Shown here piece by piece: positions 21,650-32,020 of a DNA stretch of 61,675 nucleotides. The stretch lies in assembly GCA_963804165.1 (NCBI GenBank), contig CAWDPO010000027.1, positions 1 to 61,675 of the forward strand, written 5' to 3'. The position numbers and the translations under genes are program-made. This stretch comes from an uncultured delta proteobacterium. GTDB lineage: Bacteria > Desulfobacterota > Binatia > UBA9968. The notes beneath the pieces were generated by a model. That model searched no databases. It had not been told where the DNA came from and worked only from the letters and a program-made list of their open reading frames with translations. Numbering within the stretch: position 1 is the stretch's first letter; each line of letters opens with the position of its first letter.

Positions 21650-22701
21650 GCCTAACATCCTAAAATTTAAAGAGATTTAAGCTTGAAAAGTGCGGTCTGC
21701 GACGATCGAATCGGGACAAATTTGGACTTACTGGGCAAATCGGTACAAATCGCAACACGTGCTGCAGATAACGCTAAATCGCACACCCGTGGACTAGCAG
21801 ACACACGGAGGAACGAACGAGCCGAGGAACTGTCATTTTAGAAGGTCGTGAATCGACTTACTTCCCTGGCCCGACGGACGCAAAGAAACTGACAAGTCCA
21901 CGACTACTAGATCGAACTTTTGCCACTGAAGTTTAGGTTCTTCTCAGAATTAAAAGTCACGCCGCGACCTAGGGCGCTGGAATCAGGAATTGATACACAA
22001 CTATGGTCGAGCGCAGCGATGCCATTTCGATGCTGGTCACACCGCGAGCGACGGGCGGTTCCCGCTTTGAAGCGATCGATCCGAAGTAAGCGCCTCTGTG
22101 TCACCGAAGAATCACTTTCGCAATTTTTCTGGCGATGCACCTGAAACTCAACATCACAATTCATCATCCGTTCACCAGCCGCGGTGATGGCAGGACGTAG
22201 CGCATCCGAGTGTGATGCTTGACGTACAGCATCTCCGCGGTGGAAAAATTTCTTTCGCGGGCTTAAACGATTACGCAAGGCAAAATTATCGCCATGCGGA
22301 TCAATCGCGCCGAGCGATGCACTTCCATCAAAGAACGTCATCGCAGGCTCCGCCAAAGAACCCGATTGGGTCGCGCCTGACCCGTCGCTTTCGTATCTCG
22401 GCAAAGCGAAGGGGATGCGCGAAAATATTCCTGAAGATTGCGTCGCGGTCACTGCCGCGCGTCACGGCACCGTGTATGCTTTTGCGTCTGATGGCGAATG
22501 ATGAAAAAAGAACCTGTGCGTCTGGCGAAGCCGCCTGCGGCGAGAAGTAATCCAGCACGTATCGCCCTATCACGACAACAATCAAAAGGTTAAGAAAATA
22601 CGACTCGCCAACTCCTGCGACCTTCGTGTTTTCAGATTTGCGCAAACGTGATACGTGTCAATTCCTCGCGTAGTATCGTCGAATCCAAGAGGTAAGAGCT
22701 T

Positions 22702-23823
22702 ATGAGATTCACCGGAAGCCTAGCCTTGAGCTGCGTATTTCTCCTTTACGCTTGTCCGATCTCCGTGTGGGCGGGCGAAGCCAAGCCGGCATGGGAAGCC
22801 GAGTGGAACGAAACCGTGGAGGCGGCCAAGAAAGATGGGCAGATCAGCGTCTATCACACCCGCGGTCCCTTCGATAAGCTGTTCGCCGAATTCAACAAGC
22901 GCTACCCCGGGATCAAATTTTCGTCGGCCACGGGGCGAGGAGGCGAGCTGATCTCGAGGATGATGAGCGAGCGAAGAGCGGGCAAGTACCTCGTGGACAT
23001 ATATTTAGGCGCAACGGGCACGCCCCTGGACATTCTTTATCCGGCGAAGGTTCTCGACCCGATTCAGCCGATGTTGGTTTTGCCCGAGGTCAAAGATCAG
23101 TCAAGCTGGTTCGGCAAGCGCCATCACTACGGCGACCCCGAGGGCAAGTTCATCTTCGTCTTCGAAGGAGTCGTGCGCTCGGACATGGCCTACAACACCA
23201 CGCTTGTCGACGCCAAGGAATTTACTTCTTATTGGGATCTGCTCAAGCCCAAATGGAAAGGAAAGATCGCCGCGATGGAGCCCAAGCTGGCCGGCTTCCC
23301 CGAGGGGTTTCTTCAGTTCGCATACTACCACCCCGACCTCGGCGGCAAATTTCTCCGACAGCTTTTCGGCGAAATGGATATCACCATATCGCGGGACGGC
23401 CGGCAGATCGTCGATTGGCTCGCCACGGGAAAATTCGCCGTCGCCATCGGACCGTCGGCTAGCGATGTTCAAGCCGGCATGAAATCGAATCTGCCGTTGT
23501 CCCGGTTCGAGCCGCGCGCGTTCAAAGAGGGAATCTACATGCGCGCAACTCAGGGTTCCCTCAGTATCATGAACCGCCTCCCCCATCCCGGCGCAACCAA
23601 AGTATTCGTCAACTGGCTGCTTTCCCGAGAAGGCCAGACTCAGTTTCAAAATTATTTTATGCGCATCGATCCCGTTTTCAGTTTGCGCGACGATGTTCCC
23701 GTAGATCCTGCCGTCGAGCCCTATCGGCCCAAGCCCGGTGACAAATTCATGCCCGTGTACCGTCCGGAATATCGAGACCTGCAAGGCGCGTATAAGTTAA
23801 TCGACGAGGTTACGAAACGATAG
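22702..23823 (+). CDS. ABC solute-binding protein (Fe3+/thiamine/polyamine class)
   Basis: Signal peptide; AAKKDGQISVY, YNT, WDLLKPKWKGKI, PHPGATKVFVNWLLSREGQ. Confidence 0.88.
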   Translation: MRFTGSLALSCVFLLYACPISVWAGEAKPAWEAEWNETVEAAKKDGQISVYHTRGPFDKLFAEFNKRYPGIKFSSATGRGGELISRMMSERRAGKYLVDIYLGATGTPLDILYPAKVLDPIQPMLVLPEVKDQSSWFGKRHHYGDPEGKFIFVFEGVVRSDMAYNTTLVDAKEFTSYWDLLKPKWKGKIAAMEPKLAGFPEGFLQFAYYHPDLGGKFLRQLFGEMDITISRDGRQIVDWLATGKFAVAIGPSASDVQAGMKSNLPLSRFEPRAFKEGIYMRATQGSLSIMNRLPHPGATKVFVNWLLSREGQTQFQNYFMRIDPVFSLRDDVPVDPAVEPYRPKPGDKFMPVYRPEYRDLQGAYKLIDEVTKR

Positions 23824-23880
23824 TCGTCTAAAAAACCCACACGGCGGAAAAAACCAGTCCAAATCTGCGATTTCAAGTTA

Positions 23881-24354
23881 TTAAACCTCTCGAGACAACT
23901 CGCTAATGCCCTTTTCGGCGTCCTCGCTGTTTTTCTGTGCGTCTTTCGGCGGCGGTTGCGCTCCCACCCAGCCGTGAGCAGTGATATCGATCATCACCGC
24001 ATCGGGTCCTTTGTACTTCTCTTCGAAGAAGCTCGTCGTCGCCGTCTCAGGACGGCCGAAGCGGTATTCCGCGCCGGACTCGTCCAGGCGACGCCGGGTG
24101 TCCTCAATATCGTCGACCCAAAAGCCGAAGTGGTGCAACCCGAATACCACTCCCAGTCCATCCTGGCGGTCCGCCGCCTCGACAGTTTTGAAGCGCAGCA
24201 CAGCCATGTTGATCGTGCCGTCGCTCAGATACACGCCCTGGGCGATGGGCGAGTCGGTGCGCCCGACTTCGACCATGTCGAACACCCGCTTATAAAACTC
24301 CGCGGTCTTCTCTGGATCAGGCGTGTGCACCGCTATGTGTCTCAGCTTGGCCAT
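23881..24354 (-). CDS. VOC (glyoxalase/extradiol dioxygenase) family protein
   Basis: KLRHIA..DPEKTAEFY..FD, LSDGTINMA, GLHHFGFWVDD, GPD. Confidence 0.9.
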   Translation of the reverse strand: MAKLRHIAVHTPDPEKTAEFYKRVFDMVEVGRTDSPIAQGVYLSDGTINMAVLRFKTVEAADRQDGLGVVFGLHHFGFWVDDIEDTRRRLDESGAEYRFGRPETATTSFFEEKYKGPDAVMIDITAHGWVGAQPPPKDAQKNSEDAEKGISELSREV

Positions 24355-24768
24355 ACAGCCTCCTTTTTTTGAGCCGATTTGCGCTACGACCTTATGAAGT
24401 CAGAAAACTTCCAGCCCGCGATAAAGATAGGTTAGATTTAGGATGAGCGTCAAGTGATAAAAGCGCGACAATAATAGCTGCGCCGGCACGGTATCCGTGT
24501 TTTTGCAATTTCGAAAACGTCAAATCAAGGCAACTCTGTTCTGGTAAAAAGCAATTGCGGCGTGATACAAGCAGGCCGGCAACGGGGATCAAAGGCTGCG
24601 CCGGCGTTTAGCGCGTGATCATGCCGACGTACGCACAGACGACTTCGTAGAGCGACCGTTGCGCGGATGCCGTGAAAATGGAATCGGCGCAACGAACAAC
24701 CTTGGCGGCGAGCTCAGATTCGTATGAATTATTAGCCAACCCACAAAAAAGTCAGGAGGAGCAAAGCC

Positions 24769-25812
24769 ATGAGCAATCTCACTGCTATCGATGCCGACGG
24801 CCATGTCATCGAAAAAGAATCTGAAATCCGCAAATATTTGAAGGAGCCGTGGAATCGCCGTTCGACCGCGCTTCGTCCCGGCGACCAGCCATGGGACAAC
24901 TACATGTTCGATCACTTTGTCACCGAGAAAACCTGGAGCAAGCTTTCGGCCAGTGAGCAGGTTGCGCGCTGGAAGGATATCCTCGACGAACATCAAATCG
25001 AGACTGCGGTCTGTTTTCCCACGGGCTCAGGCAGCGTGGTCCGACTGCAGGAGATCAAGTTTCAAGTCGCCGTAGCGCAAGCCTGTAACGATCATTTTGC
25101 CGCGGAATACAACGCGCTGTCCGATCGCGTAAAGTGCGTCGGTGTGTTACCCATGCGTTCGCCGCAAGCGGCTGCCGAGGAATTGGAGCGCGCCGTCAAA
25201 GAACGCGGGCTTATCGGCTTCGAGATCCTGCCGGTGGGCTTGCCGTTGGCGCTCGGCGATTCTTTCTACGATCCGGTGTACGCCGCCGCCGAAAGGTGCG
25301 GCGCGGTGCTTGGCATCCACGGCACCCGCAGTTGGTCGCGCGAGCTTGGCGCCGAGGGCTTGAACACCTTCGCCGAAGTTCATGCCTACGCCTTCACCGC
25401 CGGCATCTTGCTGCAGTTTACCAGCATGATCTGCCAAGGCGTGCCGATACGATTTCCCAAATTGCGCTTCGCCTTTTTAGAAATCGGCGCGACCTGGCTG
25501 CCGTACTATTTAGACCGCCTCGATGAGCACTGGGAAAAGCGCGCGGAGATCGAAATGCCGCTGCTCAGAGAAAAACCCAGTGAGCTGGTAAGAAAATCGG
25601 AGGTTTATTTCAGCATCGAGCCCGGTGAGTCGCAGCTGGCGCAAACCATCGACTACGTCGGCGCCGATCATTTCTTATTCGCTTCAGACATTCCTCATTG
25701 GGACTGCGAGTTTCCGGGCAACCTGCAGCATATCCGCAACCACTCGGCATTGTCAGGCGAAGTTAAAGAAAAAATACTTTACAAAAATGCCAAGCGACTT
25801 TTTAATTTGTAG
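24769..25812 (+). CDS. Amidohydrolase family 2 protein
   Basis: IDADGHVIE, GIHG, RFPKLRFAFLEIG..WLPY, FASDIPHWD, NAKRLFNL; AGGAGG RBS. Confidence 0.92.
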   Translation: MSNLTAIDADGHVIEKESEIRKYLKEPWNRRSTALRPGDQPWDNYMFDHFVTEKTWSKLSASEQVARWKDILDEHQIETAVCFPTGSGSVVRLQEIKFQVAVAQACNDHFAAEYNALSDRVKCVGVLPMRSPQAAAEELERAVKERGLIGFEILPVGLPLALGDSFYDPVYAAAERCGAVLGIHGTRSWSRELGAEGLNTFAEVHAYAFTAGILLQFTSMICQGVPIRFPKLRFAFLEIGATWLPYYLDRLDEHWEKRAEIEMPLLREKPSELVRKSEVYFSIEPGESQLAQTIDYVGADHFLFASDIPHWDCEFPGNLQHIRNHSALSGEVKEKILYKNAKRLFNL

Positions 25813-26138
25813 ACGATAGCCGCGGATTCGTGTGCTCCCCGCCTAAGCGCGGTAAATCGGAGGTCCGGACACGAGCATGATGATTTAGAGAAAATCGCCA
25901 AGGGCGACGTCGACGACAATCGCATGTTGAACTAATGAATCGGCCTCATCGCGGCCGCTAGCACCAAGCGCCCTGCCACAGCGGAAGTGATACCTCCCCT
26001 CATCGCTACGAGGGCAAGTCAATGTCGTGCCTGCCAATGCGTCCGTGGCGTGTCGCATGTGGCACAAATTTGACGCGCAATTCGTCATCTTCTGTCTCAA
26101 AAATGACGCCGGGTTCGCTCAAGTTACTAAGCCCACCG

Positions 26139-26156
26139 CTGGTACGATTTGTGCCC
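26139..26156 (+). promoter_or_regulatory. Putative sigma54 promoter with upstream enhancer-like boxes
   Basis: CTGGTACGATTTGTGC = GG-N10-GC; TGTCGCA/TGACGC-type boxes at ~26050-26110. Confidence 0.55.
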
Positions 26157-26162
26157 TAGTCC

Positions 26163-26339
26163 ATGACCATGAATTTTTTCAAATGGCTTAAACGTGGTTT
26201 CATGATCCTTGCTCTCTACGGCATCGCTGTACTGGAGGGATATTATCTCCCCCGCTACGGCGTCGAATGGCTTCTCTTGGCGATCGGCGCAACGGCTTTC
26301 CTAGCCGGCTTCTGGATCCGGACTCATTGGGATACTTGA
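26163..26339 (+). CDS. Small two-TM membrane protein (58 aa), absent from the ORF track
   Basis: MTMNFFKWLKRGFMILALYGIAVLEGYYLPRYGVEWLLLAIGATAFLAGFWIRTHWDT*; directly after the sigma54 motif. Confidence 0.5.
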   Translation: MTMNFFKWLKRGFMILALYGIAVLEGYYLPRYGVEWLLLAIGATAFLAGFWIRTHWDT

Positions 26340-26753
26340 CCTAGCTCCGTCCGCCTGGTTCTAAACCTGCCGGCTCGATTGACGAAAACTCGCTTTCTCG
26401 CGCCTGGATCAATTCACTCCGAACGATCAAGTCGGCCCTCGAATTTTTTACCGAAGGATAATTCCATCCGATCAGGCACCCGTCGAGCAAAGCGGTCATC
26501 GATCTGCTTATAACGTTAACCATCCAGTTTTTAATCATCTCGACCGTGACCCTGCTCAGTCCGTACTGCGGAACTTGAAGGCACTCTCTCGAGCTAACTT
26601 TAGGAAAGGGTGGCGATGATTAGTCATCGCAAAGAGCTTTGCAGGTGCTTTTGTCCGCAATTTTGCAGCAGAGCGAGAGAAACCAATTAAGTTTGCGGTA
26701 ACGGGGCTCGAACAGGCGGAGTAGGGATCGGCATATCTCGAAATTTTAAGATT

Positions 26754-27328
26754 CTACGGTTGTGTCAAATATCCTTCGAGCTTTCGCCGCAGAACATTTA
26801 TCGCCGCGTCCGACGGTGCTTGTCCGCCGACGCCTTTGATCCAGAAACGCTCGAAAATTTTGCCATCGACTGTTTCGATGATCAGCGCCTCCGGGAACAG
26901 CGTGTAGAACGCCAAGCGGCTGAGCAGAGCGCCGAGAAATCCTAGCTGGTCTTTCGCCTACACCTCGAGGTACGCCGCGCCATTATGTTTCCGTACTTCG
27001 TTTTCGAGAATAAACTCATCCAATAATATATTCGACGGCGCGGCTGTATCGACGTGATCCTGAGCCAAAGCAAGGTAGTCGATTCTATTTAGATCGATGG
27101 AGCCGCGCGTCGGCTTAATCTCGAACTCGGCATGCCAAGCGATCCTCTTTTTTTTAGCGTCGCCGCTGATGATGCTGATGCCGTGCGCGAAAGTCCGGAA
27201 GACAGACCGCCGATCCAGTTAGGAGGGAATCGACCCCAAATTTTCAATGCAAAGTGCCCCGAACCTTTCCGAAAGATCTGAGAACCTGCCTCCCCGGTTT
27301 TTGCAACAGCGTTGTACGGACGATCCAT
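26754..27328 (-). pseudogene. ACT-domain-like (GlnD C-terminal type) protein with a frameshift and an in-frame TAG
   Basis: GRFPPNWIGGLSSGLSR/HGISIISGDA...YLEV*AKDQLGFLGALLSRLAFYTLFPEALIIETVDGKIFERFWIKG; frameshift near 27185, TAG near 26958. Confidence 0.6.
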
Positions 27329-27408
27329 GGTTTCTCCGTTCTCACCCGTTGTAATCATTTTTTGGTTCTAGGCGACCGCGGCGACGGTAATAAAATCCGC
27401 TCTTACTA

Positions 27409-27426
27409 ATGCAATCATGCCGCCAG
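27409..27426 (-). promoter_or_regulatory. Putative sigma54 promoter
   Basis: Minus strand CTGGCGGCATGATTGCA = GG-N10-GC with canonical TTGC. Confidence 0.6.
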
Positions 27427-27786
27427 GTCGCACTAGCGAAAAACACGCCTTGATTGGGGATAGCAGGGGGTCGCTTGGAAAATCAGTGTGACTTCTATTT
27501 AAGCAAACGTCCGGCAATCTGCTATTGTTTTTGCAGGGCATTAATTTTCACCGGAGCAAAAAAGAAAATTTTGGCTATCGCTAGGTCGCGACGTTTGGTG
27601 TCGCGCGACGATTTCCTTCGGCTGATTAGTCCCGCGATTCAAAGACTAATGGATCGGCTTCGCGGACACACTTGACGTAAAGCAATGCTGTTCTACTCAC
27701 GCCGTTGACAGGTTGCGGATTCAGTTGGTACGGTCCGCGGTAAGTTAGTTAGTTAGCAGTTACTGGTCATTTCGAAAGGCCCACTA

Positions 27787-28794
27787 ATGCATTCCCGTCT
27801 CCGACATGCGTTGGCATTTGCTCTTTTCTTTGGGCTTCTGTTTCCGGCTTGGAGAATTCTCGAGGCCCAGACTTTGAGAGTTCCCTACGTCTCGCTGTCG
27901 CCTACGGCGGGACCGTTGTGGATTGCCTATGAAGCGGGATTCTTCAAGCGCAACAACGTGAGCACGGAGCTGTTGTACATTCCGGGCGGCTCGACGATCA
28001 TCCAGGCGATCATCTCCGGCGACGTCAAGATTGCCAATATGGCGCCGCCGTCGGCGATCGGCGCTTGGGCGAAAGGCTTCGATTTGGTTTTGATCGCCAG
28101 CGGCGTCGATCAGCTCTTGGAAACCGTGGTCACCGGAGCTTCCATAAAGAGCCCGGCGGATCTGAAGAACAAGAAGATCGGCGTCAGCCGCTTCGGCTCG
28201 CTGACCGACATGGCGCTGCGCGAAGCGTTGCGCCATTACAAGCTCAATCCGGACAAGGACGTAACGATACTGCAGACCGGCGGCGAAGCAACCCGCTTCG
28301 CCGCTTTGACGTCGGGCGCCATCGACGGCGCGATGCTTTCCGGCGATAAATTGGTCCAAGCCGAAAAGTTGGGCTATCACGTCACCATCGATCTCAGTAA
28401 ACTGCCGATTTATTATCCCGTGAACGGCGTCATTGCTTCGAAGAAATTTCTGGCGAGCAATCGGGATGTGGCCAGAGGCTTTCTACGCGCTTGGGTCGAA
28501 GGCATCAAAGTTTTCAAGACGGACAAAGAGCTGGCGATCAAGGTCCTGGCCAAGTATCTCAAGATCAACGACCGGGAGATCTTGGAGAAAAGTCATGAAA
28601 TCTATCGGCCGGTCTACAAAACAATTCCCTACGGCGACAGACGGGCGGTAAGATTCGCGCTGGATCAAATGGGCAAAGAAGTTCCTGACACGGCCAAGCT
28701 AAACGAGGAAAATTTCATCGACAACAGTATCCTCGCCGAGCTGGAAAAGAGCGGCTTCATCGGCCAACTTTATAACGAGCCATCGAAAAAATAA
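27787..28794 (+). CDS. NitT/TauT (SsuA/NMT1) ABC solute-binding protein
   Basis: Signal peptide; PLWIAYEAGFF, DLKNKKIGVSRFGS, RFAALTSGAID. Confidence 0.9.
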   Translation: MHSRLRHALAFALFFGLLFPAWRILEAQTLRVPYVSLSPTAGPLWIAYEAGFFKRNNVSTELLYIPGGSTIIQAIISGDVKIANMAPPSAIGAWAKGFDLVLIASGVDQLLETVVTGASIKSPADLKNKKIGVSRFGSLTDMALREALRHYKLNPDKDVTILQTGGEATRFAALTSGAIDGAMLSGDKLVQAEKLGYHVTIDLSKLPIYYPVNGVIASKKFLASNRDVARGFLRAWVEGIKVFKTDKELAIKVLAKYLKINDREILEKSHEIYRPVYKTIPYGDRRAVRFALDQMGKEVPDTAKLNEENFIDNSILAELEKSGFIGQLYNEPSKK

Positions 28795-28804
28795 GGAGCT
28801 GGAC

Positions 28805-29605
28805 ATGTCCGCAAAGATCAAACACCTAGCCATCATCAGCGACAACTACGTGCTGTTGAGCCGGTTTTACGAAGCGCTGTTCGGCATGAAAACGTCCAAA
28901 TCCCCTCGGCCGGAGAGCGCCGTGGCGATCGGCGACGGCTACATCGGCATGAACATCATCCCGCAGAAATTGGGACGGCAAGCCGGACTCGAGCATTTCG
29001 GTTTGGAAGTCGAGGACGTCGAAAAAGTCGGCGCCCGGCTGCGCGAAAAATATCCTGCCGTCCAGTTGGTCAAACGGCCGACCAATCGCCCCTTCGCCGG
29101 CATCAGCACCCATGATCCCGACGGCTACGTTTTCGATTTATCGCAACAGGCGATGACCAACCGGGCGGAAGTCTACGTCGAAGGCGAATGGAAGCAGGAT
29201 CGTTACATCAGTCACTTCGTTCTGCGCTCGTTGAACCCGGCGAATCTGGCCAAGTTTTATCGGGAAGTGTATGAGCTGCAGGAACTGGAAAAGCCCGCCG
29301 ACGATCCGAATCATTATTTAACGGACGGGCGGGTGACGATGGTCGTTTCGCCGTGGGCGATCAGCGATTACGAAGGCGCGGGCATCGAGCCGAGACACAT
29401 GGATCATCTGGGCTTCAAAGTCGAGGACATCGAAACGTTCAAAAAGGATCTCAAGGCTCTGGTCAACAGAAATCCCGCCCTTTCACCCAAACCCGGCGGC
29501 ACCGAAGGCGACATCAGGCTCAAGCTGCTGGCGAAATGCCAGCACGGCCAATTTCAACTTGCCGATCCCGACGGCGTGCCCATCGACGTTTCCGCCGGCC
29601 GGTAG
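28805..29605 (+). CDS. Two-domain VOC family protein
   Basis: KIKHLAI..FYEALFG, LEHFGLEVED, HDPDG; second domain ISHFVL..DHLGFKVED..DPDG. Confidence 0.88.
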   Translation: MSAKIKHLAIISDNYVLLSRFYEALFGMKTSKSPRPESAVAIGDGYIGMNIIPQKLGRQAGLEHFGLEVEDVEKVGARLREKYPAVQLVKRPTNRPFAGISTHDPDGYVFDLSQQAMTNRAEVYVEGEWKQDRYISHFVLRSLNPANLAKFYREVYELQELEKPADDPNHYLTDGRVTMVVSPWAISDYEGAGIEPRHMDHLGFKVEDIETFKKDLKALVNRNPALSPKPGGTEGDIRLKLLAKCQHGQFQLADPDGVPIDVSAGR

Positions 29606-29742
29606 CAGTGAATAATAATTGCCCACCGCATTGAACGTGCGGTCATCAGAGCGATTGGCCTGCAATGACCGATGCCGACGGCAGGCGGAGGTTTACGAAG
29701 AATTTCGCACAATCCCCTTCGAACTGTACCGATGAGTTGAAT

Positions 29743-30816
29743 CTACCGCGATGGCAGAGCTCCGGTGCCGGCGAATTTTTTGAACAGCTCAATTGTTTCG
29801 GCGTCGCGCGGAATCTCCTTGACTACTTTCGCTTGCTCGTCGGGCATCAGCGGCGTGGGCTCGTCACCGTCGGTGAGTTTTTTGTACTCGGCGATGAATG
29901 CAGGATCCGTATGGGTCTTGCGCACGGCTTCTTTTAGAATATCCACGCGGTCCTTGGGTGTGCCCGGCGGCAGGAGGAGAGCGGTGCCGATGGATCTGAA
30001 ATTGCGCACCATGTTCAGCAAGTTTCTCTCTTTGTCCGACTTGGCGAAAGTTTCGATGTCGGGAAGATTGAGATGGGTGAAACGGGGATCTTTTCGGCCC
30101 CTGGGAATCTCGATAGCGGCGTGGAAATCCGCTAGCTTCTTCTTCACCAAATCATTTTGGATGACCGTACCCGTGGAGGCGACTTGCGCATCCACTTCGC
30201 CGCGCGCGAAAGCGACGTCGAGGTCCTCATTTTCGTATCCTGGAATGATCTTCGGCTCTTTCATATCGAGCAGGTAGGCCGTCAAGCGGCTGTGGATGTA
30301 GCCGGTGTGGCCTACCGGAGCGCTGCCGATGCGCACCCCCGTGGCGGCGCGAAGTTTCGCCAAAGTGTTGAGACCCGCCTCGGCCCGCGTGTTGAAGAGA
30401 TAGTAGAGAAGGTGTTCGGTGGTGCCGAGGTAAATGAGCTTATCGATATCGTATTGAACGCCCGACTCGCCGAGGACGGCATAGGGTATGATGCTGCTGG
30501 AAATCCGGAATAACGTGAGACCGTCGGGGCGTGTGTTGTTATAGAGACGATTGGCAGCCGTTCGCCCGCCACCGCCCGGCACATATTGAAAAGTGATCGT
30601 CGGATTTCCCGGAATATGTTTGGCGAGAGTCGATGCGAGAGCTTTCGCGCGCAAATCACCCATCCCACCGGGACCGGCGCCGACGATAAGTGTAATCGTC
30701 TTGCCCTGGTAAAACGGCGTCTGGGCGAAAGCGCGGCTCGCGCTCACCGCGAAAAGTGCCGGCAAGAGATACAAAAGAGCAAGGCACAAAGCACGATTGT
30801 ATTGAAAGTGACGCAT
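29743..30816 (-). CDS. Bug/TctC tripartite tricarboxylate transporter binding protein
   Basis: FYQGKTITLIVGAGPGG, KHIPGNPTI..PGGGG, PDGLT, RGEVD, PPGTPKDRV; GGAGG RBS. Confidence 0.9.
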   Translation of the reverse strand: MRHFQYNRALCLALLYLLPALFAVSASRAFAQTPFYQGKTITLIVGAGPGGMGDLRAKALASTLAKHIPGNPTITFQYVPGGGGRTAANRLYNNTRPDGLTLFRISSSIIPYAVLGESGVQYDIDKLIYLGTTEHLLYYLFNTRAEAGLNTLAKLRAATGVRIGSAPVGHTGYIHSRLTAYLLDMKEPKIIPGYENEDLDVAFARGEVDAQVASTGTVIQNDLVKKKLADFHAAIEIPRGRKDPRFTHLNLPDIETFAKSDKERNLLNMVRNFRSIGTALLLPPGTPKDRVDILKEAVRKTHTDPAFIAEYKKLTDGDEPTPLMPDEQAKVVKEIPRDAETIELFKKFAGTGALPSR

Positions 30817-30884
30817 AGAAACCTCCTTTGATCGATGCGGACTCATTCCGCGCAGCTTGCCATGCAACAATGTTGATTCTTATT

Positions 30885-30960
30885 CCGTTTTCCCACATGC
30901 TTGTGCGGGAATCCAGGTGAACTCTGACTGGCGCCCCGATGAAAACCTTCGGCAGTGACG
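30885..30960. repeat. REP-like intergenic double hairpin
   Basis: TTCCCACATGCTTGTGCGGGAA followed by CCCCGATGAAAACCTTCGG; imperfect stems. Confidence 0.3.
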
Positions 30961-31012
30961 CCTTTGCGACAGTTCGTATCAAGTAGTTCCTTCATAGCCG
31001 CCTGGGCGCCCT

Positions 31013-32017
31013 CTAGCGCCCGTCGTAAACTTTGGCGATAAAGCCTTCCGCTTCGAGGTCTGCGATCAGGCTCCGGTCGGTGAAGTCCTCGACCTTGAGT
31101 TGGTTCATCTGCGGCACGGTGGCGGCGAGTTGGGTCAGCGCGGCGCCCATCAACCTGGGGTCGGCCGCCGGAACTTTTTCGTGGACGGCTTTATAGATTT
31201 CGAAAGTTTTGTCGAGCACCGATCGATCGCTTGATTTGAGAAACTTTTGCATCACCGCGACGGTGTAGTCCTTGTCGGTCTTGGCGATTTTGATGCCCTC
31301 GATCCAGCCGCGCAGAAACCTTTTCACCGTGTCGCGCTTGGCCGCGAGAAAGGATTTGCTGACGATGATCGTGCTGCTGGGATATTGGATCGGCAGCTGG
31401 CTCAAATCGATCAATTTATGAAAGCCCAATTTCTCGGCTTCCAGTGCGGTATCGCCGGTGATGATGGCGCCGTCGATGGCGCCGACTTTGAGCGCGCCGA
31501 GCCGTTCGGGCAAGCCGCCGGTTTGAATCACCGCGACGTCGTGGTCGGGCACTAAATTGTAATGGCGCAACGCGGCGCGAAGAATCAAATCCGACAGCGA
31601 ACCGTAGCGGTCGCCGCCGATCTTTTTCCCCTTGAGCTCCTCGGGCTTTTTGATCGAGCTGCGAGTCATGATGACGTGCAGCAGACGATTTGACGTTACG
31701 CCGACAGCGCTCAGTTCCGCGCCGCGCGCCCAGGCGGTCAGCGCCGGCGCCGAGCTCATGTTGGCAATGTCCACTTGGCCGGACAGGATCGCCGGCACGA
31801 TCACCGAGCCGGCGGAAATATAGACGAGCTGCACGTCCAGGCCGTGCTTCTTGAAAAACCCGGCGTGATCGGCGATCCAAAGCGGCGCATAGTTGGGCGA
31901 CAGCGCCGCGAACGGAACTTTCAAACTTTGCGCCGCCGTGGGAACGCCGCTGCAGCCAAACCAGGCGATCGCCAACGCGAGCGGCAGATTCCACGAATGC
32001 CTGCGCCGCACAAACAA
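31013..32017 (-). CDS. NitT/TauT ABC solute-binding protein
   Basis: PLWIADHAGFFKKHGLDV, ELKGKKIGGDRYGS; paralogue of 27787-28794. Confidence 0.88.
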   Translation of the reverse strand: MFVRRRHSWNLPLALAIAWFGCSGVPTAAQSLKVPFAALSPNYAPLWIADHAGFFKKHGLDVQLVYISAGSVIVPAILSGQVDIANMSSAPALTAWARGAELSAVGVTSNRLLHVIMTRSSIKKPEELKGKKIGGDRYGSLSDLILRAALRHYNLVPDHDVAVIQTGGLPERLGALKVGAIDGAIITGDTALEAEKLGFHKLIDLSQLPIQYPSSTIIVSKSFLAAKRDTVKRFLRGWIEGIKIAKTDKDYTVAVMQKFLKSSDRSVLDKTFEIYKAVHEKVPAADPRLMGAALTQLAATVPQMNQLKVEDFTDRSLIADLEAEGFIAKVYDGR

Positions 32018-32020
32018 AAC

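Noticed and set aside
21780-22650. ORFs 21907-22452, 22212-22550 and 22328-22645
   Set aside because: No recognisable motifs or RBS, and they overlap each other; possibly decayed sequence that I cannot assign
26341-26640. 65-aa minus-strand ORF and the GCGATGA-TTAG-TCATCGC palindrome
   Set aside because: No homology recognised; a single 7-bp-arm palindrome with no assignable function
26754-27328. Pyrrolysine or other stop-codon recoding at the in-frame TAG
   Set aside because: The gene also has a frameshift, other genes end in TAG normally, and no pyl genes are seen
27742-27762. AGTTAGTTAGTTAGCAGTTA micro-repeat upstream of a binding-protein gene
   Set aside because: Too short to distinguish from chance, though it could be an operator
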